24,000 bases of DNA from Marinomonas sp. 2405UD68-3. GTDB taxonomy: Bacteria > Pseudomonadota > Gammaproteobacteria > Pseudomonadales > Marinomonadaceae. Location of the stretch: contig NZ_JBLIXL010000006.1 in NCBI RefSeq assembly GCF_047525455.1, forward strand, positions 7,373-31,372. Reading direction: 5' to 3'. Positions 9,112 through 17,274 of this stretch are shown piece by piece. Position 1 is the stretch's first letter; the number at the start of each line of letters is the position of its first letter. The notes under the pieces were generated by a model. That model worked only from the letters and a program-made list of their open reading frames with translations. It was not told the origin of the DNA and searched no databases. Position numbers and translations under genes: made by a program.

Positions 9112-9265
9112 AAAAAATAAAACATTGAATATCAATAAGATAGAAGAAATAGAAAACAGAGACGGCAAAAAGCGGCAATAAAACAACAAAGGCAAAAACA
9201 AAAAAGGAGTATTAAGAAGGTAATTAGCTAAAACACTAAAGAAAAGAAAACCAGAAGATAAAAAC

Positions 9266-9291
9266 AGGACCGACCCGCTAAAGAAGGTCCT
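9266..9291 (-). terminator. Possible intrinsic terminator after cheR
   Basis: AGGACC (9266-9271) pairs with GGTCCT (9286-9291), right after the cheR stop. On the minus-strand RNA it is followed by GUUUUUAUCUUCUGGUUUUC. The stem is short and the loop is 14 nt, so this is weak. Confidence 0.3.
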
Positions 9292-9300
9292 TTATACAAT

Positions 9301-10128
9301 TCATTTAACACGATAGACAATACCAGGGTGGCACTGAACAATTTCAAACATAGAAGACAGACCACTTAACGCTTCCGACCCCCCTAAAAACAAATACCCA
9401 CCAGGATTAAGTGATTTATGCATTCTGGTCAATATATCCAGCTTCAAGTTAGGGGAAAAATAAATAAGAACGTTTCGACAGAAAATAACATCGAACTTCC
9501 CTAGGCTTGAATATGAATCAATAAGGTTCAAATAACGAAAATCAACACGACTACGTATAGGCGCTTTTATTTTCCATGATCCAGAATCTAATTTATCAAA
9601 GTAGCGTTTTTTCAAATCATCACTGAGACCACGAACAATTGCAAGACTGTCGTATTCAGCTTGTTTAGCATGCTCCAAAATATTAGTACAAATGTCTGTA
9701 GCTATAATTTTCTCACCCGATCTTAACTTACCTGGACACGAGGACTTATATTCATCGATTACCATACTTATTGAGTATGGCTCTTGTCCAGTTGATGACG
9801 CGGCAGACCAAATCCTAAGAGGGTGACTAGAAAACTCCGGTAGAATTTTTTCTTTCAATATCTTAAAAGGATGAATATCACGAAACCACAAAGTCTCATT
9901 CGTTGTCATGGCATTAATCACTTCTTCTTCTAATGCCCCATCACTTCTTTCCAATAATGAAACTAGATCTTCTAACCTATCAATTTCTTCTCTTTCTAGC
10001 AGCTTACCTAACCGACTGGCAACTAAGTATTGTTTATTATCACTCAACATAATGCCACATACTTTTTCTAAGTATTGCTGAAACTTTGCATACCCCTGTG
10101 GCGTTATTACGTCTGTACTGCTCAACAT
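9301..10128 (-). CDS. cheR: Chemotaxis protein methyltransferase CheR
   Basis: 275 aa. CheR hallmarks ETLWFRD, IWSAASSTGQEPYSI and FDVIFCRNVLIYF. The cheV-cheR-flgB order matches Vibrio-type clusters. Confidence 0.9.
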   Translation of the reverse strand: MLSSTDVITPQGYAKFQQYLEKVCGIMLSDNKQYLVASRLGKLLEREEIDRLEDLVSLLERSDGALEEEVINAMTTNETLWFRDIHPFKILKEKILPEFSSHPLRIWSAASSTGQEPYSISMVIDEYKSSCPGKLRSGEKIIATDICTNILEHAKQAEYDSLAIVRGLSDDLKKRYFDKLDSGSWKIKAPIRSRVDFRYLNLIDSYSSLGKFDVIFCRNVLIYFSPNLKLDILTRMHKSLNPGGYLFLGGSEALSGLSSMFEIVQCHPGIVYRVK

Positions 10129-10184
10129 TATTGCTCCAAATAAGCATACTAATCAGGTTAAGTAAGTGCTCTATAACCGCCGAA

Positions 10185-11117
10185 CTATTCAGGCTCTTTT
10201 GCCTGTACGGTTTCTATTGCTAAACGAGCTAACTCATCAGGCTGGAATTTCGCAAGGAAACCATCGGCACCCACCTTTTTCACCATAGCCTCATTAAACA
10301 CACCACTTAATGAAGTGTGTAAAAGAATAAATAGATCACTCAATCTACTGTCATTCCGTATTTGAGTAGTTAAAGTGTAACCATCCATTTCAGGCATTTC
10401 GATATCTGATATAATCATTGAAAACTCTGTGGTTACATCACCGCCTTCATCAGCAATACTCAAAAGATACTCTAGAGCCTCACGACCATCACACAACACA
10501 GTCGTTGCAAAACCAACGTCTTCCATGCATCGTTTGATTTGTTTACGAGCCACACTCGAATCATCAACAATAAGAATATGGTACTGTTTCGCATTTTCCT
10601 GCACCGAGTCTGTGACAATTCCCACAGAGATGTCTTGTTTTGTCGGTGCTACTTCAGAAAGAATTTGCTCAACATCAATAATTTCTACCATCTCTTTTTC
10701 AACCTGACAAACAGCGGTCAAATAATTATCATGAGACAATCCTTTTGGAGGTGGCTGAATATCGCTCCAATTCATGTTAACAATTCGTTCGACTCCTTTG
10801 ACCAAAAAACCCTGAATTCGACGATTGTATTCTGTAATGATGACAAAGCATTCGCTTATATTTTCAATTGGTCGATCACCCGTAGCAAGGCCTAGATCAA
10901 GTATCGGGATTGTGCCTCCACGAATATGGGCAACACCTCGAACTACAGGACTACTGTGAGGCATCGTTGTCAGCTTTGGACACTGCAACACTTCTTTTAC
11001 TTTAAAAACGTTAATTCCGTATATTTGCTTCCCATTCAAACGAAACAACAACAACTCCAGACGGTTCTCACCAACAAGTTGAGTACGCTGGTTAACTGTA
11101 TCGAGAACTCCGGCCAT
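10185..11117 (-). CDS. cheV: Chemotaxis coupling protein CheV (CheW domain + receiver domain)
   Basis: I prefer ATG 11117 (AGGAGA upstream) over the ORF-track start at 11183. N-terminal CheW-like region (LELLLFRLNGKQIYGINVFKVKEV). C-terminal REC domain (ILIVDDSSVARKQI, ISDIEMPEMDG, LSDLFILLHTS). Confidence 0.9.
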   Translation of the reverse strand: MAGVLDTVNQRTQLVGENRLELLLFRLNGKQIYGINVFKVKEVLQCPKLTTMPHSSPVVRGVAHIRGGTIPILDLGLATGDRPIENISECFVIITEYNRRIQGFLVKGVERIVNMNWSDIQPPPKGLSHDNYLTAVCQVEKEMVEIIDVEQILSEVAPTKQDISVGIVTDSVQENAKQYHILIVDDSSVARKQIKRCMEDVGFATTVLCDGREALEYLLSIADEGGDVTTEFSMIISDIEMPEMDGYTLTTQIRNDSRLSDLFILLHTSLSGVFNEAMVKKVGADGFLAKFQPDELARLAIETVQAKEPE

Positions 11118-11174
11118 AACTAAATCTCCTATGAACCTTACTATGTCGCCAAGGCGAACCTCAAAAAAATATGT

Positions 11175-11203
11175 AAATATCACCCAATCATAGAGTGATA
11201 TTT
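11175..11203. promoter_or_regulatory. 9-bp perfect inverted repeat in the cheV/flgA divergent intergenic region
   Basis: AAATATCAC (11175-11183), an 11-nt spacer, then GTGATATTT (11195-11203). It lies between the divergent cheV and flgA starts. This geometry fits a dimeric regulator operator, but no known consensus is assigned. Confidence 0.3.
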
Positions 11204-11262
11204 GTTATTTTACTAATACCTTATGCAAGCTTAGAGTCAAAATCGCGAGATATTTATCTATT

Positions 11263-11958
11263 ATGAATAAAAATCTATTTTTTCGAGCATTAATACTATG
11301 CACTTTGCCTTCTGTTTGTCATGCAACCAATCTTCAAGACTATATTATTAATTTCATTGAACAAAATGAAAAACCTCGTTTAGCCACGCTTTATCCTAAG
11401 GCAGAAATACATATTGAATTAGGAAACCGAGCGAATTTTAGCTACTTGCCAAGTTGTCCAAAAGACAAACTGTCCATTTCTAATTCTCGCCGTGACGCTC
11501 AAAAAAGAACGACATACACAGTTCAATGCATTACACCAACATGGAAAATTTTTATTCCAGTGAATCAACAAATATTATTGAGCGCTTACACCGCAATTAC
11601 ACCCATATCAAGAAAACAACCAATAACAACAAACAACACTGACTTAATAAAGGTGGATATCACCAAATTACGAGGGGACATTTATAGTCAAGACAACCCA
11701 CCATATGGGCTTATTGCCTCACGAAACATTAATATCAACACAGTCATAACAGACAAAATAACAGAACTACCAATAATAATAAAAAAAGGCTCTCGAATCG
11801 TGATAAAAGCCCAAAGTAGCACTATCAGTATAAAGATGAACGGAGAATCACTTGAAAATGGGGTGTTAGGCCAGCAAATTCGAGTGAAAAACACCAGTTC
11901 TGGTCGAATTGTGTACGGAAAAGTTGTATCCAGCAACGAGATTCTTGTAAACTATTGA
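11263..11958 (+). CDS. flgA: Flagellar P-ring assembly chaperone FlgA
   Basis: 231 aa. Signal peptide MNKNLFFRALILCTLPSVCHA. C-terminal block GQQIRVKNTSSGRIVYGKVVS, typical of FlgA. Divergent from the flgB-side cluster and followed by flgM and flgN. Confidence 0.85.
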   Translation: MNKNLFFRALILCTLPSVCHATNLQDYIINFIEQNEKPRLATLYPKAEIHIELGNRANFSYLPSCPKDKLSISNSRRDAQKRTTYTVQCITPTWKIFIPVNQQILLSAYTAITPISRKQPITTNNTDLIKVDITKLRGDIYSQDNPPYGLIASRNININTVITDKITELPIIIKKGSRIVIKAQSSTISIKMNGESLENGVLGQQIRVKNTSSGRIVYGKVVSSNEILVNY

Positions 11959-12006
11959 AACGAGCAAAAAGAAATCGCCATTTAGAGTATTTTTTATAAA
12001 AATGTC

Positions 12007-12033
12007 TAAAGTTTATATATAGACGGTCGATAA
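12007..12033 (+). promoter_or_regulatory. Sigma28 (FliA) promoter of flgMN
   Basis: TAAAGTTT (12007-12014), an 11-nt spacer, then GTCGATAA (12026-12033). Against the consensus TAAAGTTT-N11-GCCGATAA this is 15 of 16 matches. It is 38 nt upstream of the flgM ATG. Confidence 0.8.
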
Positions 12034-12070
12034 GTGGAGTAGGTGGCAAAATTCAGAGCAGGTAAGCATC

Positions 12071-12385
12071 ATGGCAATTAATCTTGGTAATATCTTAAAT
12101 CAGTCAAATGTCAGTAAAAATGATCGTTTGCAAAAATCTTCAGGAGAAACTGAAGGTGTCAAATCAAAAGTACCTTCTAATAAAGAAACATTAGCAGAAG
12201 ACACAGTAAAGTTAAGTGGCACTGCTCAAGTATTAAAAAATCAGGAAGAGAAAATATCGAATCTTCCTGACATTGATATGGATAAAGTGGAAGAAATCAA
12301 ACAGGCTCTAGCCGCTGGCGAATATAAAATCGACACGCAAAAGCTAGCAAGCAACATGCAAAGTATTGATGCTCTATTTTCGTAA
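12071..12385 (+). CDS. flgM: Anti-sigma-28 factor FlgM
   Basis: 104 aa, hydrophilic. C-terminal FlgM block DMDKVEEIKQALAAGEYKIDTQKLASNM. Synteny flgA-flgM-flgN. Confidence 0.85.
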   Translation: MAINLGNILNQSNVSKNDRLQKSSGETEGVKSKVPSNKETLAEDTVKLSGTAQVLKNQEEKISNLPDIDMDKVEEIKQALAAGEYKIDTQKLASNMQSIDALFS

Positions 12386-12423
12386 TAAAAATTAGCCTTA
12401 ATTAAGGAAAAGTAATTCTTCTT

Positions 12424-12900
12424 ATGGTACCTGTTGAACCTATATTTGCTCGCAACAAAGAACTACTCGATTCATTATCAACACTACTAGATAATGAGCG
12501 AGACGCACTTGCCAAACTTAGTTCTGAAGCCATATTAGAAATTGCAGCACAAAAACGTGCAATTTTAGATGAATTAGACGCTTTAAATACTAAAAGACAT
12601 TCGTTATTGATAAAATTTGGAATCATTAATCAAAAGCAACCAGAAGAAGGCCAGTTTAAGGAGTGGTTACATACTCAACATAAGGATGTGAAATTAATCG
12701 AGCTCGTTAGCCTATGCGAAAAGCTCCTAGAAACCTGTAAAGAAAAAAATCACACTAACGAGCAAATACTGAATATCGCTCAAAAGCGTAACAAATCTTT
12801 CCTAGAAATACTCAAGGGTTCAGACAAAAAAAGTCGCATATACACGGCAAAAGGCAGCACTAGACCAATCAATAGTAAACACACGATTGGCAAAGCATAA
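12424..12900 (+). CDS. flgN: Flagellar export chaperone FlgN
   Basis: 158 aa, helical. N-terminal region (LLDSLSTLLDNERDALAKLSSEAILEIAAQKRAILDEL) resembles the FlgN family. Located immediately after flgM. Start-codon choice is uncertain. Confidence 0.75.
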   Translation: MVPVEPIFARNKELLDSLSTLLDNERDALAKLSSEAILEIAAQKRAILDELDALNTKRHSLLIKFGIINQKQPEEGQFKEWLHTQHKDVKLIELVSLCEKLLETCKEKNHTNEQILNIAQKRNKSFLEILKGSDKKSRIYTAKGSTRPINSKHTIGKA

Positions 12901-13073
12901 CCGACCTCTTTAAACATGTCACAATAACATTACCTTCATTTCAAATATGAAAATAACGCTTTGATTTGCCGATCAATAAAAAATAAGGTATAAAACCACC
13001 TGCTTTCGAATTGATGGTTAAAAGCACCAATAATCTATTAATTTTAAAATTATCAATACTAAAAAACTCTCAT

Positions 13074-13149
13074 GTCTCCATAGGTAAACAGGATATACCT
13101 GCCGCCTCCTAAGCGGCTATTCCAGGTTCGAGTCCTGGTGGGGGCACCA
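13074..13149 (+). tRNA. tRNA-Arg (anticodon CCU)
   Basis: Folded by hand. Acceptor stem GTCTCCA/TGGGGGC with two G-U pairs. D arm GGTA...TACC with GG in the loop. Anticodon stem GCCGC/GCGGC with loop CTCCTAA (anticodon CCT). T arm CCAGG-TTCGAGT-CCTGG. Encoded CCA. Close to E. coli argW in layout. A T run follows. Confidence 0.9.
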
Positions 13150-13242
13150 TCTTTTTTACAAAATTTTTTTATATGATTGAACTAGTTAATAGAGACTGGG
13201 TCTGACGTTATATAGTTAAAAAATGGTTTAGTTTATATATTT

Positions 13243-13812
13243 ATGCTCGATACCTTACTCAGTTGGTCGCACAACCCCTACATCATTATGCTAGGGATCA
13301 TTTTTATCTCCTACTTATTAGAAGATGCCGCGATTGTTGGTGCAGCGCTTTTGTCTGTTGAGGGAACCTTACCTATTCATTTAGGTATACTTGCTGTATT
13401 TATTGGCATTGCGTCTGGAGACATCATTTTATTTTACATTGGCCGATATAGCCATAAATTTAAATGGGTCCAGCTACGCCTAGCTCATCCAAAAGTAATA
13501 ACAATCCAAAAAAAATTACAAAAAAATGCGTTTTTAAATGTATTTCTTATTCGGTTTTTACCCGGCCTGAGAGGTACGGGGTATCTAGTATGTGGAGCAT
13601 TGCATATTAAACCCATGACATTTTTCTTCTCTGTTGGGCTAGCCACATTACTCTGGTCAATTGTAGTCTATACCTCTGTTTTTGCTTTGGGCGATGCACT
13701 ATGGTTAGAAGGCGCTTTGTGGCGTTGGGTCCTAGCGCCTCTTTTAATTGTTGTTATTATGCTAATAAATAAAGTAATTAATACTTATCTTCTGGAGGAA
13801 CGCTCCGTTTGA
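13243..13812 (+). CDS. DedA / VTT (SNARE-associated) family inner-membrane protein
   Basis: 189 aa, multi-pass hydrophobic. DedA signatures GIASGDIILFYIGRY and FLIRFLPGLRGTGYLVCG. First gene of the five-gene operon. Confidence 0.8.
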   Translation: MLDTLLSWSHNPYIIMLGIIFISYLLEDAAIVGAALLSVEGTLPIHLGILAVFIGIASGDIILFYIGRYSHKFKWVQLRLAHPKVITIQKKLQKNAFLNVFLIRFLPGLRGTGYLVCGALHIKPMTFFFSVGLATLLWSIVVYTSVFALGDALWLEGALWRWVLAPLLIVVIMLINKVINTYLLEERSV

Positions 13813-14933
13813 ACATTCGAAAAGTCCCCTTGCCGCAAGGTATAAATGAAGGCATGCCACCTCTTGAACTTACAGAGAAGCCTGTTTCTTTTTTTGAATT
13901 CTGGCCTGCTTGGGCGATGTATGCTCCAGTCATTATTCAATGTGTTGGATTGAGTATAAAATACAGAAGTATCGGTTTGCCGTTAATTTCAAACCCTAAA
14001 ATACCATTGAGTGGCATGGTCGGTGAATCTAAAGCCGACATATTAGATCAACCCAAAAAAGAAGTTCGATCTTTTCTCTGTGAATATGTGACTTCTACAA
14101 AAAAAGAGAATCTGACATCGAAAGAAAGCACAAAGCTCTTGCTTGATCAATATTTTGACAAAGGCCTGTCCTTACCTGCTGTAGCGAAACCAGATCTTGG
14201 ATGCAGAGGTGTTGGTGTTCGATTAATTGAAAACGAACAAGAGCTATCAGATTACATTGAGCTTTTTCCTGAAAATGCACGTTTTTTACTGCAAGAAAAA
14301 TCCAAGTACCAAGCCGAAGCAGGAATTTTTTATATTCGCTACCCTGGAGAGAGAAAAGGAAAAATTACCTCCATCACACTAAAGTACACCCCCTGGGTTG
14401 TTGGTGATGGTGTACAAACACTTAAAGAGCTTATTTTAGCAGACCCACGAGCAGGGCTTCTTTCTCACATTTACCTACCAAGACACAAAGAAAATCATGA
14501 CAAAGTGATCCCTGAAGGAGAGGCTGTACGAATTGCCTTTGCAGGCAGCCACAGTGGCGGTAGTATATTTCGTGACGGTAATCGCTACATTACTGAAGCA
14601 CTCACACAGTCATTAGATACTTTTTTTGATGGTATGCCAGAGTTTCATTTTGGTCGTCTCGATGTCAAGTTTAAACATATTGATGAACTCATGGACGGTA
14701 AAAACTTTCAAATCCTTGAAATCAACGGTGCAAGCAGTGAAGCCACTCATATATGGGATAGCAAAACAAAATTTCCAGATGCAATTAAGGCATTATTATT
14801 TCAATATCGAACTTTATTCGAAATTGGACATCTAAATCGAAAAGCGGGTTACCAAACACCGTCTTTGCTATCATTGTATCGCGCTTGGCGAGAAGAAAAG
14901 AGTTGGGTAGTTGATTACCCATCAATGGATTAA
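13809..14933 (+). CDS. ATP-grasp fold carboxylate-amine ligase with hydrophobic N-terminal segment
   Basis: 374 aa. TTG start at 13809 overlaps the upstream stop, with GGAGGA (13794-13799) 9 nt upstream. The alternative start is ATG 13854. Hydrophobic stretch FFEFWPAWAMYAPVIIQCVGLSI. ATP-grasp-like blocks AKPDLGCRGVGVRLI and FQILEINGASSEATHIWD. Confidence 0.7.
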   Translation: MNIRKVPLPQGINEGMPPLELTEKPVSFFEFWPAWAMYAPVIIQCVGLSIKYRSIGLPLISNPKIPLSGMVGESKADILDQPKKEVRSFLCEYVTSTKKENLTSKESTKLLLDQYFDKGLSLPAVAKPDLGCRGVGVRLIENEQELSDYIELFPENARFLLQEKSKYQAEAGIFYIRYPGERKGKITSITLKYTPWVVGDGVQTLKELILADPRAGLLSHIYLPRHKENHDKVIPEGEAVRIAFAGSHSGGSIFRDGNRYITEALTQSLDTFFDGMPEFHFGRLDVKFKHIDELMDGKNFQILEINGASSEATHIWDSKTKFPDAIKALLFQYRTLFEIGHLNRKAGYQTPSLLSLYRAWREEKSWVVDYPSMD

Positions 14934-14936
14934 TAT

Positions 14937-16742
14937 ATGAAAACGACATCAGAGTTCAGCCCTTTTTTACTTCCTAGAACAAAATCTATGAAGTGGTTTG
15001 CTCCGATATTAGAGAATATAACGGGGCTAAAACGACTGCATCAGCATTACTTAATGCGCCCTAAAAACTCAGATACCAACACCTTTTTAACCCACACTCT
15101 TGACGCCCTTGGTATCAGTTTCCATTCATCTGGAGAACCTCTAAACACAATACCTAGCAGCGGGCCTTTACTTATTGTCGCAAATCACCCTTTAGGGGGC
15201 GTAGAAGGCGTCATTCTCGCTAAAATGCTTATGGAATATCGTCCTGATATTAAAGTGATGGCCAACCTCTTCCTTAAACGCATTCCAGAATTAGACAACT
15301 TATTTATTGGTGTTGATGTCTTCGAAACAAAGGAAGCCCGTAGAACCAATATGAAAGCAATTAAGGAAGCAGGGCAACACCTAACAACAGGGGGAGCATT
15401 GCTTATTTTCCCCGCAGGTGAAGTATCTACATTTGATGAAAACAGCAACTACCTTCAAGATAAAGAATGGGGGAGGCTTGTAGGTCGATTAGCACGCTCC
15501 AGTAAAGCAACATGTTTGCCCATTTTTATAGAAGGTCAAAACTCCCCTTTCTTTTACAAAGTAGGGAAAATTCATCCTCGATTCAGAACTGCTTTACTTG
15601 GCCGCGAATTATTAAATAAAAAGAACAAATCAATTGGAGTGCGCTGTGGTTCAGTCATAGAGCCCAATGAAATCGCGAAAATGGACAACGATCAAGACAT
15701 CACAAACTATTTACGCTTGAACACCTATTTATTAGAGCAAAATCACTTAAAACAAAGTGGTACAACACTCACAGGATCCTATCGACTACTCACGCCTATT
15801 TTAAAGGACATCAAAACAGATATTTTGAATCAAGAGATTCAAACTCTACCCGCTACGTCTATCCTTGTAGAACAAAAACAGTTCAATGTCTTTATCGCAA
15901 GCGCCCATGAAATCCCTAATATTTTAAAGCAGATCGGTGTCATCCGAGAACGTAACTTTAGAGAGGTGGGTGAAGGTACAGGAAGAGAAATTGATATTGA
16001 TCAGTTTGATGATGTGTACTTACACCTCTTTATTTGGGATAAAGATCAACAGGCAATTGCAGGGGCTTACAGGCTAGGTCTAGTAGATTCTCTTGTACAA
16101 AAGTCAGGCATTCACGGTTTATACAGTCGCACCCTCTTTAAGTTTGACCAAGCATTCTTAGACACACAACCAAACGCAATAGAAATGGGACGATCTGTTA
16201 TTGATAAACCTTATCAAAAAAACCTGTCTCCTCTTATGCTTCTATGGAAAGGCATTGCCACTTTTATTTCTCGCAATCCCAAATACACGACGCTTTTTGG
16301 CCCAGTCAGCATCAGTGGTGAATACAAAGAGCTGACACATCAATTAATCGTCAGCAGCCTTACCGCCCATTTTTACGATTCAAACCGATCAAAGCTAGTG
16401 GAAGCAACTCACCCTATTCCAATTGCGAGTAAACCTTTTTGGTCTGTAAACTTACTTTCAGGGCTTGCCGACATCCAACTTTTATCAAACGTTGTTTCTC
16501 GCCTTGAAAACGGGGCAGGCGTCCCTGTATTAATTCGCCAATATTTATCTCTTCAGGGCCGTTTTATTAGTTTCAATGTTGATCCAGACTTTAATCAAAC
16601 AGTAGATGGGCTTATCACTGTTGATCTAACCCAACTATCGGAAAGAGTATTAGGGAAATACATGGGCAGAGAATCCGCAGAAAGCTATCTAGAGTTCCAT
16701 AACACAAACACACAACGGCCTGACACTCAGGAGGAGACATGA
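14937..16742 (+). CDS. OlsF-like bifunctional acyltransferase (N-terminal PlsC-type O-acyltransferase + C-terminal OlsB-type amino-acid N-acyltransferase)
   Basis: 601 aa. N-terminal blocks LLIVANHPLGGVEGV and LLIFPAGEVS resemble glycerolipid acyltransferase motifs. C-terminal blocks RERNFREVGEGTG, DIDQFDDVYLHLFIWD and IAGAYRLG resemble OlsB/GNAT-type lyso-ornithine-lipid synthases. The domain order matches that reported for OlsF. Confidence 0.75.
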   Translation: MKTTSEFSPFLLPRTKSMKWFAPILENITGLKRLHQHYLMRPKNSDTNTFLTHTLDALGISFHSSGEPLNTIPSSGPLLIVANHPLGGVEGVILAKMLMEYRPDIKVMANLFLKRIPELDNLFIGVDVFETKEARRTNMKAIKEAGQHLTTGGALLIFPAGEVSTFDENSNYLQDKEWGRLVGRLARSSKATCLPIFIEGQNSPFFYKVGKIHPRFRTALLGRELLNKKNKSIGVRCGSVIEPNEIAKMDNDQDITNYLRLNTYLLEQNHLKQSGTTLTGSYRLLTPILKDIKTDILNQEIQTLPATSILVEQKQFNVFIASAHEIPNILKQIGVIRERNFREVGEGTGREIDIDQFDDVYLHLFIWDKDQQAIAGAYRLGLVDSLVQKSGIHGLYSRTLFKFDQAFLDTQPNAIEMGRSVIDKPYQKNLSPLMLLWKGIATFISRNPKYTTLFGPVSISGEYKELTHQLIVSSLTAHFYDSNRSKLVEATHPIPIASKPFWSVNLLSGLADIQLLSNVVSRLENGAGVPVLIRQYLSLQGRFISFNVDPDFNQTVDGLITVDLTQLSERVLGKYMGRESAESYLEFHNTNTQRPDTQEET

Positions 16743-17272
16743 TACCTGTTATAAAAGGTAACATAGAAACCATTAATCAAGCTTTGGCTTTACTTGACAC
16801 AATTGATAACAAAGCGTACTGCCATATAAGTGCACCTTACATTAATAGCAGTATAGGTCAACATGTTCGACATATTATCGATAATTATTTAGTTATCGTG
16901 AATGGCGTGTCCCAAGCACACATTAACTATAATATTCGACGTCGTGGCGCGGCTGTTGAATCCTGTATTGAAACAGCAAAAAAAGAATTAAACGACATTC
17001 AGACTTGGCTACACACTATAGAGAGTAACGCTCTAATGACTTCAGTGACCATTTTTTCAGAAGTTTGTTTAGAACAGGAACAATCAGACCATTTAGTATC
17101 AAGCCTTCATAGGGAGCTCATATTTGTTGCTAGCCATTGCATACATCATATGGCACTTATTGGCGTTGCCGTGAAATTACAAAATATAGAAACACCAAAA
17201 CATTTCGGCTTGGCTCCAGCGACCGCGACTTATGTACGTCAGCAAGAGTCTCAAGGTGCAGCTAACTCCTAA
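16739..17272 (+). CDS. DinB-fold (DinB_2-like) putative metalloenzyme
   Basis: 177 aa. ATG overlaps the upstream TGA (ATGA at 16739-16742), with AGGAGGAG immediately upstream. His-containing helices SIGQHVRHIIDNY and FVASHCIHHMALIG fit the DinB four-helix-bundle His triad. Assigned from motifs only. Confidence 0.6.
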   Translation: MIPVIKGNIETINQALALLDTIDNKAYCHISAPYINSSIGQHVRHIIDNYLVIVNGVSQAHINYNIRRRGAAVESCIETAKKELNDIQTWLHTIESNALMTSVTIFSEVCLEQEQSDHLVSSLHRELIFVASHCIHHMALIGVAVKLQNIETPKHFGLAPATATYVRQQESQGAANS

Positions 17273-17274
17273 TT

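Noticed and set aside
8959-9201. 80-aa minus-strand ORF spanning the flgB 5' end and its upstream region
   Set aside because: It overlaps flgB out of frame and runs through the A/T-rich promoter region. Its translation is Leu/Phe-rich junk produced by the T-rich strand.
12386-12423. Palindrome CCTTAATTAAGG in the flgM-flgN spacer
   Set aside because: It is a short A/T-centred palindrome of a kind expected by chance in AT-rich spacers, and it has no flanking structure or U-tract.
13150-13242. Pho box or other recognisable promoter upstream of the DedA operon (OlsF is reported to be phosphate-starvation-induced in V. cholerae)
   Set aside because: I found only a TATAGT -10-like hexamer without a convincing -35. 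There is no pair of CTGTCAT-like repeats at 11-bp spacing. Evidence is insufficient to annotate a promoter.
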